This document shows, piece by piece, positions 50,906-63,680 of a stretch of DNA of 64,000 nt (within the stretch, counting starts at the first letter, position 1; the number at the start of each line of letters is the position of its first letter). The stretch is from Balanoglossus misakiensis (taxonomy: Eukaryota; Animalia; Hemichordata): the NCBI GenBank assembly GCA_040954595.2, contig CM082587.2, positions 6,375,705 through 6,439,704 on the forward strand. The letters run 5' to 3'. A program made the position numbers and the translations under genes. The notes beneath the pieces are model-generated. The model searched no databases. It was not told where the DNA came from and worked only from the letters and a program-made list of their open reading frames with translations.

Positions 50906-53900
50906 TTAATATCCATAACCGAAGTATGGATGAAGAGCATCATTGACTTTAAAATCGTCGTAGATCTCTTCCAAGACTTTGTCGGGCAGAGCGTCGAAGA
51001 AGTGGGCGAAGAAGAAATCAAAGTAGATCTCGCCAACCATTTCGAACTGCTCGCACTCGGTTCGGGGCTGGGGGAAGCTCGACTCCCACACTGCGGGGTC
51101 GTTGCTGTTGACCTTGTTGAAGGAGTTTCTCCAGTCGACGGTTCCATCGGCGTCTTGTGGCAGCTCGTGGTAGCACGGGGTTTCCTCCAGATCGTCCCAG
51201 AAGATGGACCAGACGTAGTTGTAGAAGCTGTACTCGGACGCGAAGAACTCGGAGCACTTGTTCTCCGTCCACCACTCGATGAAGGCGAGGAAGTACTGCG
51301 CCTCGTCGTCCTGGATATCATCCAGCTGAATCGAGTTAGGCGGGGCCGTCACGGTCGGATCTCCTCCCTGCATCATTCCTTCAATGGCGTTCATGCCCAC
51401 GGAACAGGGCGCCAACTCGTATCCAGCGCTGATGGCCAAGAGGAAGTCGCCGACGAAGAACACCTCTTGGTAGGACTTCTTGGTGCCCATCTTCGAGGAT
51501 TTCGCCGTCAGTTTCAGACCCCGCTTCTCGCCATTCTGCAAGACTCCCGAGAGAACGCCGTTGCCCGTAGTCACAGACCCGGCGGCGTCCACGGTTTCTA
51601 AGTCGTTCTTCGCCGTCACTTTGGTGGACGATTTCTTGGCTTCGAATGCCTTGCGTTTGAGAGCCAGGATGTTCCTGCGACTCTTGATAGTTTCGCTTTC
51701 CTCTACTTCTTTGGTTTTCTTCTCTCCTAGTTTAGCGCGTAGAGCAGACAGCTGAAATATCGAGGGAGAGACAGAGAGATTCTAATAGTCAGAACTTCAT
51801 GAATTTCTACAGAACAATAATTATATAGACTGAGCTTCAAATGGTCTCAGGGACGGTGCTTTTGACTTTATGCCATCTAGGGACAGAATATCAAGAAACG
51901 TTAACCGTTGCAGGTTTTAAGAGGCAAATATAAACACCCCAAAACAATAAACACATAAACGGTGCAAGTGTGTTCTGCTTGTGTCTACAGCCATTGAACA
52001 TCAGTAGGCTTTCTTGTTCGGTGCAAACTATGTGAGATATTTCCACGCCGGTATAACACCCTGACCGATAGTCTCGGTTACCCAGACCCCCCTGCTTCTT
52101 CCGTTGGGCACCTCCCAGGGTTGTGTTATCAGTTTTCAAAATCAGGCAGACCCCCCAGACCGTAAAACTGAACGGTCCTAAGTCAAATCACCTGGGTGAA
52201 GTATTAAATGAGAAGACGTGCGTCACGCCACGGAGATTGAACACTTCATCAATGCATGGTAATGCGTCCTATTGTAGTTCGGTTTTCTTTCAATGAATCA
52301 GTTACGCAACAGCGGAAGCTAGAGAAGTTTCTATTCTGGCATTCAATGACTTCCATTACACCGGTTAGTAAACAAGGGTGGTCGTTTAACACCCTATTAT
52401 TTTGACAAATGACAAATATCCCCCCTCAAGATGATGATTCAGTCTCAGCTGCGTGAGTCTAGTCGAGGCATTTGCTTCAAATGTCCAGCATCATTTAATC
52501 CCTTGCATGACGTGTTTTGAAAAGAACTAAAAGTTTCAAGTGGTTGCCAAGTTTGTGAAATACTGTACCGCCAATATACATGTGACACGACATATACTTT
52601 CATATTTTGTCACATATGTATGTGCTTCCACGTTCCAAGTCGTTAAACTTTCTCGTCGGGCCTTCGGCCTAGCGTCACGGAGAGGAACGCCGTTTGGCGA
52701 TCATGATGACAATGAGTACTCGGGTTTTGTGCAATTAATTATCTTGAGATTTTGAATTACAAAACGCTGGTAATGCATTTGTTGTGTTCCTGTTCTACAA
52801 TGGGGCATCGTATACGCATATGTATACCTTACGTCATGGAGGCAGCTCTCCATCTCCATGGTTACATCGTGGACGTGGTGACTGGTTACGTATATAGCGT
52901 GAAATAGGAGTGGTTCAAGTTTAACTCTCGGAACCCGTCCGCCTTCGTTACTGAAGTTACTTTTGCGAGCCTTATTTGGGGGGGGGGGGGTGAACAGGGT
53001 TTAAAACCATTCTATGAATTGTAGTACCAACTGAAACAAATTTGTGGCTGCAATCTTCACGCTGAGCCTCAGGGCCACTTGGACGGTACCACAAGGGGCG
53101 CGAATTCTACTTCATACATTTAGAGTCGCGGTTCCCATGACGACGCCCGGGCCCATAGACCCCTTTGATTCGCGTTGTCGCCATCAAAGCACCGTTGGAA
53201 ATGACGTGGGCGTTCGTCAACAAAACAACGCTTTGACAGGAATGTATTAGGCGCAACATGGAATCGTGCTCACGGTCAAACATTATGTCGTGCATGCCGG
53301 CATTGAACAAAGTTGAGTCACTGTCTGTTTATCCGCTGTTGCTAGTTGAGACAGCACTGGTGGCCGATTTTTTTCAGTTTACAACAACTCTTGAAGTCCA
53401 TCCTTCCGGCAGTTAATTTCTATAACCGCTTGAATTTCTCGTTTGTGTGGCGAATTTGTTCTTTGGCGCAAAGCAATGTCTTATTGGTCGGAACTAAAAA
53501 AAACGCAAATGATAAGGGGATCGCTATATATTGGCCATTCGTTCGTTCGTTCGTTCACCATGTTCACGTCCAAGTTAATCTTGTGAGAAATGTTGACCCA
53601 CCCCCGGGACTGATCTTTGGATCATGGGATACGTATGTACCCGGCGGGATTGGTGCTGAGGTCGACTATCAGAATACTGCCACCACCGACGGCTCTAAGC
53701 ATATTGCACGACTGTATTATCTTCAATGGCTCAGTAAATGTGACCCGAGATTCTACGCTCCTATTTGAGTTAAAACTGAGGCCGGACACGCAGTTTTTGG
53801 TCGCAAATAGCCTCTTGAGACACTTGCACACAAATGACTGTGGAAGTGGGTGAGAGAAAACACCCGCAACTGTGAGGTTCCTTCATAGATCAACCACGGG

Positions 53901-54047
53901 TTTCATCTACTATAGGCAAGCGTTTTTTTTTTTTTTTTGAAAACTTACTTTTTCGGCGAATGATGACTTCTCGAACGCTGCCGACTCGGAGACGGCCACC
54001 AGAGCGCAGAGGACCAGCAAAGCGGCGACGAACACCAGACGAGCCAT
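50906..54047 (-). CDS. Uncharacterised secreted precursor protein, paralog B (314 aa; exons 53949-54047 and 50906-51751)
   Basis: Exon 1 MARLVFVAALLVLCALVAVSESAAFEKSSFAEK ends at AAA|gtaagt. Phase-0 intron at the same position as in paralog A, acceptor tttcag|CTG at 51751. Exon 2 reads LSALRAKLGEKK...HPYFGYGY*. Shares LKRKAFE, KRGLKL, KKSY[EQ]EVF, EWWTENKCSEFF, FWDDLEET, CYHELPQDADGTVDW and PYFGYGY with paralog A. Confidence 0.9.
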
Positions 54048-54787
54048 TCTATTTTCTGTTGTGATGATGCCAGGTGAAGACTGGGTCTCGAAGGCAGGGC
54101 TTTCGCCGAAAACCAGGGGCATTTAAGTCCTTTCGCGGAATGATCCACTTTGCTGCCATGGGGTGCTCACAAAACCCACTTTAAGGGTGAAGATTCCAAG
54201 TAAAGAGAACAAAAAGGAGCATTTTATTTCTGACCGTGAAACCTTTGGTAGATATTAGACATACCGTAACATTCTGTTTGTCGATCAATTGTTCTCATAA
54301 ATCAGCTGTATTACAAAATGCTAGCTACTAAACAACAATTCCTGACCGCGGACAGCCTGACCGTGTCCCGACACATCCCCCGGTGAAAGTGTTCCGGTCG
54401 AAAGAAGTGCCTTTATTCTTTTGAATGTTACCTGTGTGTCTGGCACTACCACTATGACCTTTTGGATGGGGACATTCAATACGCACTGTTGACAAGGGTG
54501 CCGGATGAATATGTCGGATGACAATGCAACGGGCCCTCACAATGTTGTGATTGATGTGCACAACTGAACCATAATAAGGCCAAACATAGTATCCATAACA
54601 ACAAACACGCAACACACTCACGGAAAATTCCTTGGAGAGTGAAGTGTACTTTGCTGAGTCATTAGCGAAGGTGTGTGAGAGATGGAGAGAGAGGGAGAGA
54701 GAGTTGCTTGGTCGAATACTTTGGAGTGGATGACCTCTTTCCAAGGTTATCTGGTACCACTGCAGGTATTTGCACGGGATCACCATC

Positions 54788-54859
54788 CACCTCCTCCTCC
54801 TCATCATCATCATCACCATCACCATCGTCGTCGTCATCATCATCATCATCATCATCATC
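54788..54859. repeat. Compound trinucleotide microsatellite (CCT/CAT/CAC/CGT)
   Basis: Direct reading; it explains the poly-D, poly-M, poly-H and poly-S ORFs in the track. Confidence 0.9.
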
Positions 54860-57705
54860 GCCTTTATTTGTCGACACCAACGTGGCACTAAACGCTTCCT
54901 CGCAACGGTAATAACTCTGCGTGGGTTGTGTCATGAAACACTGGACAGCGATAAGACATGACCTGAAAAGATTGAGCTGTGATTCAAAGCCATGTGACCC
55001 GCACAGAAGCAAGTCACCAAGACCTGGGTTGGTAAATTCGAACTCTGCTAAACCTATGCCGGCGTGTGAAGGAATTCGTGAGAGGGTGATTCCGAACCAT
55101 GTGACAGAAAGAACTAAGTCACCCAGACCAGGGCCGTCAATGCACTTTAAAGTATGTACGGTTGCCCACACAATGCACGACATGAAATAAAGACCTTTTT
55201 TCTGAAGCCCTGTCATTGTCCTTCCCAACATTACATAGAAGCATCTGATCGAAAGTAAAAAAGTAACACGAAATTTCGCACACCGAGTGTAAACCGTGGT
55301 AATGGCAAGTTTTGGGCCGGGGAGGGGTGGGGGGAAAGCAAGATACCTAAAATTCCATCTATAGGATCTTTTAATTTCCATGTTTCCAGTGAACATAGAA
55401 ACACGGCGAGAAAACTGGTTCTGTCAACTTTTTTTATCCGGTTTTATTTCCCCAATATCATCTCTGTAAGTTATCCCAGAGATCCCAGTCGTTAGATAAA
55501 ATTATGGACCCGTTTTCAACAGCTTGTGTGTCTGTAAGTACAATATTCGAATTTGGTGAGCAAAAGTCAGCTTGTAATAGTAAAAGGGAACATATGGGAC
55601 TGGGGACTCTTGAGAAGGTCTAGTAGTCGCGTTATAAACATCAGAAGTGAGATTACCTGAACCATATCTGACAAAAAAATCTAGTTATAAGCCTGGCTTT
55701 GTTAATGTACCTCCCCTCTCCTCAATACAGCCCATCCCCCTCGCGGCCACTGTAGACACCCGACACCACTTTTCAGCTTTTTAACAACAAAAGGTCGCCG
55801 CTGCCCTGATTGATCCGTCGAAATGCGAGGACAGGTAACAGTTCACTGCAAACGAGAGCATTCTTTTCAAATATCAAAGTTGGACCTCTTCAACAAAGCA
55901 AGTGAGTCACCCCTGCCAAGCTTCGCGCGGATTCCAACGCGGCATAGAGGACAGCAACTGACAAAGTCAATAACGCATAAACCTTATTCCTCATAACTCG
56001 CCCCACTCCCCGGGGAGGGGGTTGGTGTTATCAATTTTTTCCGCCTAATATTTATAAGAATGGACCAACTATGTTTTTACATACACGTTTCATAAACTTT
56101 ACTTGTCTCTGAATCACAGGCAACCTCGTTTTTCCTTCAGTGTACATTATACTTTATGTACATGTATGACATGCATTGGTTACTGGGATTTGAACGGGAA
56201 TATTTCGTCGCCAGGTGAACGTAAGTGACGTTTTCTAGAAGAAGTCAAACATTTGTTCTTTTTTCTGTGTTTACAGTCGAAGATTTTACAAAATTGAGAT
56301 ACTGAAAATACTCTGATAGGCCTAATGAAGTTCAGTCAATGGACATGTCTTTCAGGATTGTCCTTGAATAGGACACGCCCTTTGTCGATATTTACACGCC
56401 CCAAAATACGCCGAAGAAATCACTGATGTTTAATGGAACACAGCCGGGCTGGTCAATGATCTTCAGACCTGTCAAAAGGTCGATGGTTTCACGAGTTAGG
56501 AAACGTCTGTCTTGGTGACACTACATAGAACACGCCAATGTGTCCAAGACTAGGAATTTTATACATCGACTCTGTTCATGAACTCTCCAGCAAGACGTGC
56601 ACATATGAACCATGGCGGAGGTGCACCGACCAATCTATAGTCACGTACTTTCTTTTACATGCGTAACACTACACATTAAGCGGTCACCGTACTTTTATGC
56701 CCTTTTCTAAAAAAAAACTTCATTGACAAGCGAGTCCCGAAAACTTGTGTATGCAATCAAAGGCGCGGTACATTGAAGTGATAAATCCTTCTTCAACGAC
56801 GACCAATAAAACGTATTGGTCACCCAATGCCCTTGGTTGTGTAACGGTATTAGATTGGACACCACAAATACAGGGTTCAGTTTAGAAAGTTTCACTGTAT
56901 AAACCAACACATTACTAAGGCAATCAGCACTGTTTTCTTTATGTATTTATGACAATTATATCTTTCATGATAACAGTGCTGAATAAAATAGAAAATAAAA
57001 CGTACTGAGATTTGTAAACCATGCTGTTTTGTTTTCTACCAAGGTACACAAACTAGTTTACCTATGATATTTTATACTATTTATCAAACTAAAAACATTG
57101 CAACTTTTAAATATGAATACGTATCCACAGAAAAACACAGTAATTAAAAGAACTTTTACAAAAGAAAATATTTACAAACTCTTGATCTGTTGCTTTTGTC
57201 TTCATGATAAAATTGAAAATTTGGCGTGGTTTCATCATAACGAGATGGCTAGTGTAGATTGTGGCAGGAAATTATGCAGCAATAGATTTGAGGTTACAAA
57301 ACCAAGAGAAAGGAACACCTGGTTTTTGCAGACTTTGATTTACCAAATATGGAATGGACCGTTACACTTGCAGAGGTGGGGGTGGATTAGACTATGGGGT
57401 GTGGGAGGGGCAGGGATGACTGAACTTAAATGGACGGGTTGTGACAGTATGGATGGATGGGAGAGGGATGGACAGTGGATGGGTATTATATACAGAATGT
57501 GTCATGAAATTGTTGCTTAAACTTTAAAGGGATATAGCTGTTATGAGGGAAAAGTACACTTTGTCAACCAATCAGCGCTCGCGTCATATACCGGTACATC
57601 TTTCGATTCGGTGAGAGTGTGGTATCGATTTGTTCTCACACTCTGATCCCACACTCTCAGCGTGTCAGGAGTGTGAGGATTTCAAAATCTGTGTTCATCG
57701 TTTAA

Positions 57706-57790
57706 CCCTTTCACCACAATGGTTCAGTCCAAACCCATTGTTTTCTATGGTAAGGTTGGACCTCTAAAGAGGGAACTGGGGGTGAAAGGG
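57706..57790. mobile_element. piggyBac-like MITE (85 bp)
   Basis: TTAA|ccctttcacc ... ggtgaaaggg|TTAA. CCC/GGG termini with a TTAA TSD. Confidence 0.8.
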
Positions 57791-58099
57791 TTAAATGTAC
57801 ACATTACTCATTAAGGGTAGAATGAAGTTCAACTTGTACCTGACAATGTTAGATGCTGAATTAAATAAAATGTCGATTATGAAACTGTACACTGTATGGC
57901 CATTTTGGTATAAAGCAACTTTTAAAATAAGATAATATTCATCACAACATCTCTCCATTTGTTATCATTATGATTAAGTATATCAATATCGTCTCATTTA
58001 ACAAAAAATAACCATTTAAAAGCTATATTTTCGCTTTGAGTACATCGAAAACTGAGGAAAAGACTTAGTTTTCCACAAGTGATGTACTTTCCCTAAATT

Positions 58100-58158
58100 T
58101 GTGATGTCACTTCCTGTCACATGTGATGTCACTTCCTGTCACGTGTGATGTCACTTCC
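58100..58158. repeat. 22-bp tandem repeat x2.7 (tgtgatgtcacttcctgtcaca) downstream of the SCAI stop
   Basis: Direct reading. Confidence 0.9.
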
Positions 58159-58517
58159 CATCAATCCAGCCATATCAATTTAAACTGAATGCATGCCTTC
58201 CAGTTAAAAAAAACCCACCAAAACATGTCTACTTTCTTTGAGAAAGTATTTTTTAAAGTACAACCAAAACTGACAATACCCTTGTGTTCTTCATGCCAGT
58301 ATTATCAACACATATTTTTCATACTTTGAAACCTTATATTGTAGACAGTGTTTTCGACACTGTACTCTTGTACCATGATGGGACACACATTAAGTCTGGC
58401 AGTTTCCGCGGTATGTGGGAAACTTTGCTTATGCATAACACAAGCATACACTGCCAAAGAAGACGTTGTGATTGGATATCCGGAATTATAATCGGCGACA
58501 AAATCGGTTCCAGAAAT

Positions 58518-61500
58518 TCAGTCGATTTCTGACACTTCCAGGAAGAGCGCTCGGACGTCAAGCATGGAAGCCAGCTCCAGAATCCACTTGTGCAGGCTGT
58601 TGTTTTCCAGGATATCGGCGCCTTTCATGTCTGGATGGCACTGTGGATAATAGGTTTCGTCCTGGAATGAACAGAAATGAAATAATACAGTGGTTTTTGT
58701 CATGAGTTATCAAGTGCCTGATTGCACCATGATCAGTATTTCTGGTAATAAAGGTTGTAATGATGAAAGGGGGGGGGGGGGAGGACACATGCTCCTTGTA
58801 ACAATTAATGAACGCCTTACTTTGAAGCCTCTATGGTACCTCAGGGCTGCATAACAGAACACGAAACGCAGCATCAACAGCCGAAGAAATTCATCCCCAT
58901 AGAATTGCATATAAGTATGATCTGCAGCAAAGAGAACATGAAAACCAATTCAGTCCAACCAAAGTCAAACCAGTAAACCAGTCAACTTCTGTTCAGAGTA
59001 CGCATAATAAGAAGTGAGTCATTTGTAATGCCTTGTCATCAATGATTCCTTCTACAAAATACAGCAGGAATCCAAAGAAACGACATGGCATGAAAATTAA
59101 TTTTAGGAACCATCACGCCGATGTAATCACTAAGAGTATTACACCTACTCCCTGATTCCTGTTGGTAAATTTTCTCAAACAGCTACCAATCACACATGTA
59201 CTACTGAATTCGTATTTTAGCAACAATGCAATCAAAATGGTAAAACTGACCCTATACCTTTAAACACAGGATGTGGCAATATCAACATGCAATTGCAGAC
59301 ACATACCTATACTTCTCGACTTTGTGATCAGGTGCGCCACCTCCTGCATTACCATCTTGATGTGCTTCTCACACTTCTCCCACAATGCAGTGGGAATATC
59401 GGCTATGTCACAGATGTGGCAGAACGCTGTCAGCGGGGAGTACAGGAACAGGGTAAATAGGTTGCCTTTCTTGTTCTGCTCCTGCAAGTTCTTGGGCAGT
59501 GTCGTCGGCGACATGAGACAAACCACTGGCTGGCCGAATAAGTTAGGAATATTCTGAGGGGGGAGATAGCGATAAGAGAATGTATAAAAGGGTGAATGAA
59601 TAATGGCTGGAACTGCACTAGAAGGCAGAGAGTGATAAATATTACTGGAGCTGTAACTGCATTGCGGGTACCAGAAATACATGTAGGATACTATGACACC
59701 ATTCTTACCTTGAATACATTGCTGTTGTTGCTGTCGACAACCAGAAACAGGGGTTTCCTTGTGTATGGGTACAGATCTCCCGGATGCAAACTGCAACGAA
59801 AAAATCAACGCGCTGTCATGTCAAGGCCTGAGCATCAATCACATCAATTTTGACCGGTCCACTGGCATGGTGGAGAAAGTAAAGAATATTTAAAATCTTG
59901 GTACAACAGGACTAACCAGTGCATTTCCTTGAGAAGGTGTGACTTCTTGGTGATCTGTTCACCCGGTTCTCGTCGATTGTTGGTGACCACACCTCCATAG
60001 TCGTACGCCCCTTCATCTTCCCGCCTTTCCGACCCCTGTGACCCATCGGCTGAGAGATATATCAATAAAGCTGCATTTGGAGGTAATTCCTACGGGCAAG
60101 AATGACAATATAGATACAGTATATTAACTCTAATGCTACAGGGTGTCATACCTGTTTAGAGTGTCAAGTCCCTTAAAATACGTATTTGCCACTTTTTCTA
60201 CTCAAACGTATATTGACTGTCTTGACATGGCTCTCATACGTACTTAGACACACTTGGCAGTCTGAGCCCCCTTTAAAATGTACCAAATCACACTGGTTTG
60301 CACTGTATTGGTCTGAGGGTCTTGTATAGGCCCTAAGGAATAACACACATTTGGCAGTCTAACAGGCCTGGGAGCCAGGATTCTAGGCACCCTGGAAATC
60401 AAACCAGTTTCAACTGACTTGGCAGTGTTAGGGTTAATAACAATGCACACAGAGGTAATTCCTATATGTAAGAATGACAAAATGTGTCATCACTAAGCTT
60501 GGTCGCATAAAACGTGACAAAACAAACTATCATCACTCTCTCACTTTTGACCGCACTTCAGACAGCATCAATTGACACCTACCTTGAATCCGGCTGATAA
60601 AAAAGTAAAGAGTTGACCAAAAGTCGGTTTGTATAATAAATATTTATGTGGGTTTTCTCTCTTTCCCGACCTGTCACCATTCTCCTGCGAAGTGAAATGC
60701 AGGATGAAAATCAAATCTAATACAGAGTTGCTGCTACTGTCCCTCCAACACTGGGTGAACTAGATTTATACCCCTCCCCCCTATTTTCCTACACATGGCT
60801 TCAACCGAACTACTGATACAACAGGAACAGTCCATATCATAGAGTTAAACTAGGGATCTCCTGGATAAAAAAAAAGAACCAAATATTGAATTTTACCATA
60901 GGCTGCTGGCCAGGCGCTGGTGAGCTGTCGTTATGGTGATGATGGTGTATATCATCCCCCTTGGGTTCTCTTTCAAGTGCCTGTAGAATCCTGTACATGT
61001 CGAGTGTCAGCTCGCTGAATTTGATCTGGGAACGGAAGGAAGGGTGGTCTTTAATTAATTATTTAATTGATTAATTAAATACAGAACATGAAAATATCCT
61101 CCCACAATTTCCAATGGGTGAGCTCTGAACACAGATTGTCTGGGAAGAAAGATGATAGTCTACAATGCAAAAAGCTTCCCTTTTCGGATGTAACACTGTT
61201 GAGATGACTATGAGCACCAAAGAAATTGTTTTTGGTTGAGCGGACATCTGTACAAGTTCAACGTGTCTCTCACATCCTTTCTTTCTTCAGGAGCCATTGT
61301 TCAACTGCCTTTCAAACTGTACTGTGTTAACGAAATGCTTATGTACTGTGTTAACGAAATGCGTATGTACTGTTTTCCAAGACAGGCAGGCAGGCAAACA
61401 GTCAGTCAGTCCACATGTAGGCACATGTGCACATAAAGACACACACACACACACACACAAATTTACACACAGAGACAGACACACACTGACACACACAAAA

Positions 61501-63680
61501 ATACACACTGTGACAGGTCACCCACATCAGCAAAATAAAGAGCAACACCACACCTGTTCATTGCAGTTCCCAATGATCAGAGCTTCCTGCAGCGTCAGAT
61601 ACACTTGCTGTCCCCTGTCCAAAGCAGGCACTCCGTCTTTCCCAAGTCGGTGAGTTAACACCATGGGTTTGGTGTCAGTGCCAATTACATTGATGATCTG
61701 CTCAGCCTACAGCATAAACATAAACAATAAAAAGCTGAAAATGCGTGAAAACCCACCAATTTACAGCATCACCCATATAAATCTATTCCAAATCCATCTC
61801 AATTTTTCACTGTTGTAAAAATCAATTTTCAATATGGAGTAACTAACATGCAGTCTGTATTGCATTAAATCACATACATGTATCTTGCATATTCAATACC
61901 ATGGTTCAGTCCAAACCCATTGTTTTCTACAGTAAGGTTGGACCTCTATAGAGGGGGTGTCACTGACCTCAATAAATGATCTGATTTCTCCAAGTACTAA
62001 CTGCCACTCCAGCTGGTCTTCTGGTTCGTATAGACTCGTGTACTCCTCAATCTGTCTGTTCAATTCCTGGGCAAACAAGAGATGAGTGTTGTAAACGGTG
62101 ACAATTCTGTACTACAATGATAATTATCAGGTTAAAAAGAACCAGAGATTGGACACCGCAATGAAGAATAAAGTGGAAAAAACAAAACACACTGAAATTG
62201 CACGTCTTACCTTAATGAGTTCCCTCACTAAATCTATTTTTCGAAGCAGCAAACACACAACAATAAACCTGGCGTAATATCGCAATTTCTTGACGCAAAG
62301 TTCTGGTCTGGACAAACAAATCAGAGAAAAGAAAAGTACAATCAGAAACCTGAAAAGGGGGATGGTTTTACATGATCAAATACTGCCCTCTATGTCCTGG
62401 ATGCTAAATTCGTTTGTTCCCAAAGCACCCCCAGGGACCCCATCATCACTGCTTGAATATAAAACATAACATGGCCCTATTTGCATTAGATCTTGAGTGC
62501 TTTTGACAAGATTTCACCAGACTTGCATTAATTTTTGTTCTTCTTCTGCGAAACAAGAAAAACATTTTCTTTATCGTATTAAACTGAGATAAAACCTACC
62601 CTTCTTTGTTGGCCTTGGAATAATAGGCTCTGGCACGAATTGCGGAATAGAACGAAAACGATTCATTCAAGTAGTTGGTTTCACTGGTGCGTAAACTGAA
62701 ATGGAAGAGGGAGATGAATACATTATGAGACCGCTCTCTCTCTCTCGCTCTGATTCCCAGTCCTATTTAACTATTCAGCCTCGCTGCCAATTTGCATTTG
62801 ATCTAGCTGGAAATGCAAGAGAGTATTTTACGAACGTCAACATCCACAAGGACGGAGAATGGGAAAAACATCCGATCAATTTAATGGAATCTCATTGAAA
62901 TAGTGGCCGAGTTGTTGAATAGGAAGTGTTTGCAATCAAACTGGTTCTCAATCAACACATGTCTGAAGTTTAGGGAACATGCATTGCTTTTATTTTACTG
63001 GCTTTTCTTTTACAGTGTCAAGAATATGAAATAACTCAGTTTTCAATGTTAATTCATTTTGTAATTTAACAGAATAGCAAATGATTTTTTAATACGGCCA
63101 TGCAATTGGTATATTTGAAATGGTTGTTTAACGTCACAGATTTCAACCACGGTTAGTGGTTTGTGTGTATCGAAAACAAAATTGGATGCATTAGTCTCAT
63201 GAATGTAGTAGTGATTTGGGGATACATTCTAGGTATGACCTTTGAACTGATGGCCGATCAATCTATACTGTCAGGCGCTTATAGGCGCGTGCACATATAA
63301 TATATCATTGGAAATAACGATGCCAGTACTTTGCATTTTGGTTACTTATCCCTGAACACCACCATGATATGCACAGGTAGTATATGTCATGAGATCAATA
63401 AATCATAGTTCTTGTGGTGGTAAAAAATGCATAATTTAGAGAGTTGACACAAAGAATGAAACCGAGTTTATCGTCAAAGTTCAAAAGAGACTTGCCAGAG
63501 GTAAACGGTACATATTACATAAACCATGGATCTTTGCGGAGATGTTTACAGCAACAAGTTTTGAATTCCATTTGAATGGCACACTATACTTACTAATAAT
63601 GATAATAGAGTTGTCCTATTTTGGAAGCTATTTCTCCAATCTGCCACCTCTTCAGACCGTACCTTGTATCTAAAGATTGT
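58518..63680 (-). CDS. SCAI: Protein SCAI (suppressor of cancer cell invasion) homolog; last 12 coding exons, 5' end outside the window
   Basis: Exons (minus): 63594-63680 (YGLKRWQIGEIASKIGQLYYHY), 62600-62695 (LRTSETNYLNESFSFYSAIR), 62211-62307 (PELCVKKLRYYARFIVVCLLL), 61968-62066, 61554-61706 (ALIIGNCNEQ), 60897-61025 (KFSELTLDMYRILQALEREP), 60583-60684 (RENPHKYLLYKPTF), 59917-60089, 59709-59790 (LHPGDLYPYTRKPLFLVVDS), 59307-59553 (NLFGQPVVCLMSP), 58821-58921 (QFYGDEFLRLL), 58518-58661 (ILELASMLDVR...ID*). All introns are GT-AG, phases are consistent, and the motifs match SCAI as I recall it. Confidence 0.96.
60128..60433. mobile_element. Old piggyBac-like non-autonomous element in a SCAI intron
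   Basis: TTAA at 60124-60127 and 60434-60437. Termini ctctaatgctac and ccctaacactgc (reverse complement) match 8/12, with all mismatches transitions. Removing the element restores a duplicated exon-start sequence. Confidence 0.55.
61318..61372. repeat. 24-bp tandem repeat x2.3 (tgtactgtgttaacgaaatgc(t/g)ta) in a SCAI intron
   Basis: Direct reading. Confidence 0.85.
61900..61959 (+). mobile_element. Truncated second copy of the 57706-57790 MITE in a SCAI intron
   Basis: atggttcagtccaaacccattgttttcta..gtaaggttggacctcta.agaggg is nearly identical to 57719-57772; TIRs are missing. Confidence 0.7.

Noticed and set aside
42419-54047. RiPP-like cluster in which the dioxygenase modifies the neighbouring secreted precursors
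   Set aside because: The enzyme lacks a signal peptide while the precursors should enter the ER, and the family mostly acts on small molecules. Adjacency is the only support.
54662-55396. 244-aa minus ORF with a poly-Asp/Glu tract and GKR, upstream of paralog B
   Set aside because: The acidic run is a trinucleotide microsatellite open in many frames. No codon bias, homology or convincing splice sites, and it runs into a (GA)n tract.
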